This document shows positions 60,568-64,000 of a stretch of 64,000 bases of DNA, piece after piece. The stretch comes from an uncultured bacterium (GTDB taxonomy: Bacteria > Bacteroidota > Ignavibacteria > Kapaibacteriales > UBA2268), in NCBI GenBank assembly GCA_942490685.1, contig CALNXW010000016.1, positions 2,341,703-2,405,702 of the forward strand, read 5' to 3'. Numbering within the stretch: the first letter of the stretch is position 1; every line of letters begins with the position of its first letter. A model generated the notes under the pieces. The model saw only the letters and a list, made by a program, of their open reading frames with translations. It made no database searches and was not told the DNA's origin. Made by a program: the position numbers and the translations under genes.

Positions 60568-60656
60568 GCAGTTAGACTAAGAAGAGACTTTGAAAAAAAG
60601 TCTCTTCTTAACTTCTATATAATCTATTATTACTTACTCCCCACACAACCAATACA

Positions 60657-62345
60657 TTAAAAATCTGTTCCATATTGAAACTTAATGGTTATAGGAAGTC
60701 TTTTTTCTCCGTTGAAAGTTTGGTTTGGACTGAAGCCTCCCAGTGTGGCTATAGCAGTTACAGCTGACTGATCAAATAACTCACCGGCGCTTTTTTCCAC
60801 TTGAATATTTTGAGCATTGCCCTTATTATCTACTTCAAATGAAAGTTCTACATCTGCATCTAACTTCTCTGCTTTAGCTTCTTCAGGATACTGAATCAGT
60901 TTCGGTATTTTATTGCATTGTTTATGGCTGAGCACAGGCAAGCCCATTTTCCCAAAAGGAGCTTTTTCTGCCGGATTATCATAACCAATTCGGTGATCTG
61001 CATAAGGTAATTTTGTCATTACCGTACCTGATGCGTTATATGCGTACCACTTTTGCTTATCCCCTACTATAATATGGAAATTATGTAGAGATTTAATTGG
61101 CTTACCATTCTTAATTGCAGGAGTATATTTAGGACTTATATCTCTTATGACTTTCATAATCTGAGCTTCCATTTCAGCATCTATGCTCTGATTTTTCCAA
61201 CTTTCATCATCAGCATACTTTGCATTAGTAAAATAAGGCTCCCCTATTTCTCCGTTTTCATCAATTTCATAATGGACACTAAATTTTGCTACTTTGTCCC
61301 CGCTTGCCCATTCGTCTGTAAGATTCAATCTGGAAAGAATCTCTTCAGACATAATGTCAAATTCAGAAACCGCATATTTATCAGGTGTTTCGTAGGCTGA
61401 ATTATCCCATGTTTTAAAAGATGTACCTGAATCACAAGCAAACACAAAGAAGAGGCTTGCAATTACAGGTAATAAAAGCATATACTTCAATGCTGAAGTT
61501 CCGGATGATTTCTTTTTATCCATCATTTTGATCCTTTTTATTAGTTTAATACCATTGAAACTATTTGCCAGAGTGGCTACATTTGCGCCCATAGTAATAT
61601 CAAGTAGTGAATTTAAATATTCAGATTTGCTTTCTGTAGCTTTACTTGCTCCTGAATCAGCAATATATTCATGTATAGCTTTCAAGTCTCTTTCAAAAAG
61701 ATAGAAAAACGGGTTCAATATCTGGAATGCTTTCAAAATTTGCATCAAATGGATATCTATATTGTGCCACTGTTTTGCATGTGTTAGCTCGTGGGCTATT
61801 ACAGCATCCCTAGCTGCACTTTCAAAGACAGAACGCGACAGCAATATCTTATTGCAATATGTAAAGGGACTTATATCTCTATCAAGTATATATATCTTTT
61901 TTCCATCTACAGTTGTCATGTTGGCTCTATAAAACAGCATCCATATTTTTATATTTGAATATAAATATCTGCTTAGACCCAAAAGCACAGAAGCAAAGTA
62001 GACATAGAAGAAAATGTGATAAGGGTGCATTTGTATGTCAGTAGCTTCTTTGCTAATTAAAACAGGAGTACCGACCACTTCAGCAACATTTTCTACTTTA
62101 GAATTTATATTTACATATCTTATTTCATTTACGAGCGGGGCACTTGCCTCAAACTCCATAAGAGGAACTGCAAAAGAAGAAATTACAGAAACGATTATAA
62201 CAAACCTGTTTATCTGATGGAAAGTAGTACCTCTCAAAAACAGAAAATAGAGAGCATAAAGTACAGCTAGGCAAGTGGCAACTTCTATAGCATAATTTAT
62301 AAGTTCCATATTACTCTCCCTGCTTATTGTCAATCTCTTTGTCAA
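60657..62345 (-). CDS. BlaR1/MecR1-family M56 metallopeptidase signal transducer with C-terminal TonB-like domain
   Basis: Four N-terminal TM helices. HEXXH zinc motif at VIAHELTHAKQWH. The long C-terminal extracellular region ends in a TonB-C-like segment. Confidence 0.8.
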   Translation of the reverse strand: MTKRLTISRESNMELINYAIEVATCLAVLYALYFLFLRGTTFHQINRFVIIVSVISSFAVPLMEFEASAPLVNEIRYVNINSKVENVAEVVGTPVLISKEATDIQMHPYHIFFYVYFASVLLGLSRYLYSNIKIWMLFYRANMTTVDGKKIYILDRDISPFTYCNKILLSRSVFESAARDAVIAHELTHAKQWHNIDIHLMQILKAFQILNPFFYLFERDLKAIHEYIADSGASKATESKSEYLNSLLDITMGANVATLANSFNGIKLIKRIKMMDKKKSSGTSALKYMLLLPVIASLFFVFACDSGTSFKTWDNSAYETPDKYAVSEFDIMSEEILSRLNLTDEWASGDKVAKFSVHYEIDENGEIGEPYFTNAKYADDESWKNQSIDAEMEAQIMKVIRDISPKYTPAIKNGKPIKSLHNFHIIVGDKQKWYAYNASGTVMTKLPYADHRIGYDNPAEKAPFGKMGLPVLSHKQCNKIPKLIQYPEEAKAEKLDADVELSFEVDNKGNAQNIQVEKSAGELFDQSAVTAIATLGGFSPNQTFNGEKRLPITIKFQYGTDF

Positions 62346-62688
62346 TCATTTTCTTTATCTCCTCTAGCTCCTGGACACTTAAGTCCTTACTCTTCGTAAA
62401 AAATGACATTAGGTTTTTATAAGAACCTGAGAAATAGTTAGAGATAAAACCTTTCATAAAACTACCTGTGTATTCTTCTTTTGAAACCAGTGGATAGTAT
62501 TTATGCGTTTTGCCGAACTCTTCATGAGCTACATACCCTTTACTTTCCAATATCCTTACGATAGTGGAAATAGTTGTATATGCAGGTTTTGGGTCGTCCA
62601 TTTCATTTATAATTTCACGGACAAAAGCTTTTTCTTTACTCCATAGTATCAGCATAACCTGCTCTTCAGCTTTAGTGAGCTCTTTCAT
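62311..62688 (-). CDS. BlaI/MecI/CopY-family transcriptional repressor
   Basis: 125 aa winged helix (LTKAEEQVMLILW...TISTIVRILESKGYV). It overlaps its BlaR1 partner in the typical operon arrangement. Confidence 0.85.
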   Translation of the reverse strand: MKELTKAEEQVMLILWSKEKAFVREIINEMDDPKPAYTTISTIVRILESKGYVAHEEFGKTHKYYPLVSKEEYTGSFMKGFISNYFSGSYKNLMSFFTKSKDLSVQELEEIKKMIDKEIDNKQGE

Positions 62689-63076
62689 ATGACTATTCTC
62701 TCTGACTACTAAAACATTAGTTGATAACTAAAATCAATATACTACTAAGTTTTTAGTTATACAACTATTTTTTTAGTAGTTATAAAATTTTTCTCATTTA
62801 TTGAGTCAATATTCGCAATGTTTGTTTAAATGTAAAAATAGTTATGTCTCTAAATTTTGGGGATTCTAACTTACTTTCCCATTTTTTATGATTCTTCTAT
62901 AAACTATCCACATTTTAAAAATCTTATGTAATATTGAAAAATAATCATTATATTACTAGGTAAAATTGGAGGCGAAGTTTCACCTCTAAATGCTTTGTGC
63001 CATTGCTTTTCTTTACGGCATTTGGCATTAACAGCCTTCTTGAAGGCAATAATATCCTGTGGGGGGAATAAATATT

Positions 63077-64000
63077 ATGATGGAAAGAACGGTAATGGTG
63101 GTTGCATACTATTTTCCGCCATTAGGGCTTAGTGGTGTGCAAAGAACATTAAAGTTCGTAAAATATCTGAGAGAATACGGCTGGAAAGTTATTGTCCTTA
63201 CTACTTCTCCGGGTGATTATTATGCTTATGATGATAGCTTGCTCGAAGAGTGCAATGACGAAAACATTATCATTTACAGAACAGAATCCGGTAATCCTAA
63301 ACCTGCTAAGCAAAAGAAATTCCCTTCTTATACATTGCAGAAAATAGGGAGAGCAGTTCTACAAACTATTTATCAACCTGATTCATGCATCAGATGGAAA
63401 AAACATGCTGTTGAGCTTGGTTCTAAAATTATTGAAGAGCATAATGTCAACGCAATTTTTTCTACCGCGCCGCCTTTTACTGACTTTTTAGTGGCAGATG
63501 AGTTAGCGGTGAAGCATCATAAACCTTTTATTTTAGATTACAGAGACAGCTGGGTAGACAATCCTTTTCATTTTTATGCGACTCCTTTCCATAAAAACTA
63601 TAGCATAAAACTGGAAAAGACAGTACTGACAAGAGCTGAAAAAGTAATCACTACAACCAGACATTCTAAAGAAATTCTGCTGAGAAGGTATAAATTCCTT
63701 TCTCATAATGATATTAAAATTATTAGTCATGGATTTGATCCTGAAGATTTTGCTCCTGCAAATGAACTTAGCCCTGATAAATCAAAATTTGTAATTACAC
63801 ATTCAGGTTTGTTCCAAGATGATCGAACTCCAAAGTATTTCTTTAAAGCGATGACTTCATTCTTGAAAAACCATCCTGACGCAGCTGATAAGTTCGAGGC
63901 TCGTTTCATAGGTCTAATGCGCAAACCACATGAAAAGCTGATAAAGAAATTTAAGCTTGAAAACAATGTCAATCTAGTTGGCTATCTGTCGCATAAAGAT
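63077..64000 (+). CDS. Glycosyltransferase family 4 (GT-B), 5' partial; runs off the window end
   Basis: Open frame from ATG 63077 to the window end (308 codons, no stop). It starts MMERTVMVVAYYFPPLGLSGVQRTLKFVKYL, with the typical GT4 N-domain pattern. It is absent from the ORF track only because no stop falls inside the window. Confidence 0.7.
   Translation, partial: MMERTVMVVAYYFPPLGLSGVQRTLKFVKYLREYGWKVIVLTTSPGDYYAYDDSLLEECNDENIIIYRTESGNPKPAKQKKFPSYTLQKIGRAVLQTIYQPDSCIRWKKHAVELGSKIIEEHNVNAIFSTAPPFTDFLVADELAVKHHKPFILDYRDSWVDNPFHFYATPFHKNYSIKLEKTVLTRAEKVITTTRHSKEILLRRYKFLSHNDIKIISHGFDPEDFAPANELSPDKSKFVITHSGLFQDDRTPKYFFKAMTSFLKNHPDAADKFEARFIGLMRKPHEKLIKKFKLENNVNLVGYLSHKD

Overview
This 64-kb window comes from an AT-rich genome that looks Bacteroidota/Ignavibacteriota-like. 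The lineage guess rests on many secreted proteins with T9SS (type IX secretion) C-terminal sorting domains, BlaR1/BlaI pairs, a transglutaminase family protein, and PFOR plus 2-oxoacid:ferredoxin oxidoreductase.

Ordinary genes, left to right:
- ACR3 arsenite transporter
- six BNR/Asp-box repeat proteins (one with a T9SS CTD, five tandem lipoprotein paralogs)
- orphan sensor histidine kinase
- MFS transporter
- initiator tRNA-fMet
- UvrD-like helicase-nuclease
- TPR/transglutaminase giant protein
- frameshifted UDP-xylose synthase
- citrate synthase, malate dehydrogenase
- acyl-ACP thioesterase, 6-phosphofructokinase
- KorAB 2-oxoacid:ferredoxin oxidoreductase
- DHOD-like flavoprotein
- PFOR
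- LexA, MraZ-RsmH
- BlaR1/BlaI
- start of a GT4 glycosyltransferase

Accessory content is concentrated in two places.

25-38 kb: four tandem T9SS-CTD paralogs, three of them near-identical. They are punctuated by one IS30-family element and two inverted IS21-family (istAB) copies, each with reconstructable target-site duplications. One IS21 copy splits a Cys-rich secreted-protein gene.

51-60.6 kb looks like an island of uncharacterised or mobile genes:
- an isolated three-gene overlapping operon of unknown function, downstream of lexA
- a Gp37/Gp68 (DUF5131-like three-Cys) plus TcmP-like gene pair, bracketed by a 21-23 bp direct repeat that copies the 3' end of rsmH (an insertion signature)
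- an IS200-like/RAYT Y1 transposase flanked by REP-like palindromes
- a DUF2971-like protein

The best candidates for an undescribed system are the three-gene operon and the three-Cys/TcmP cassette. No CRISPR array or rRNA was seen.
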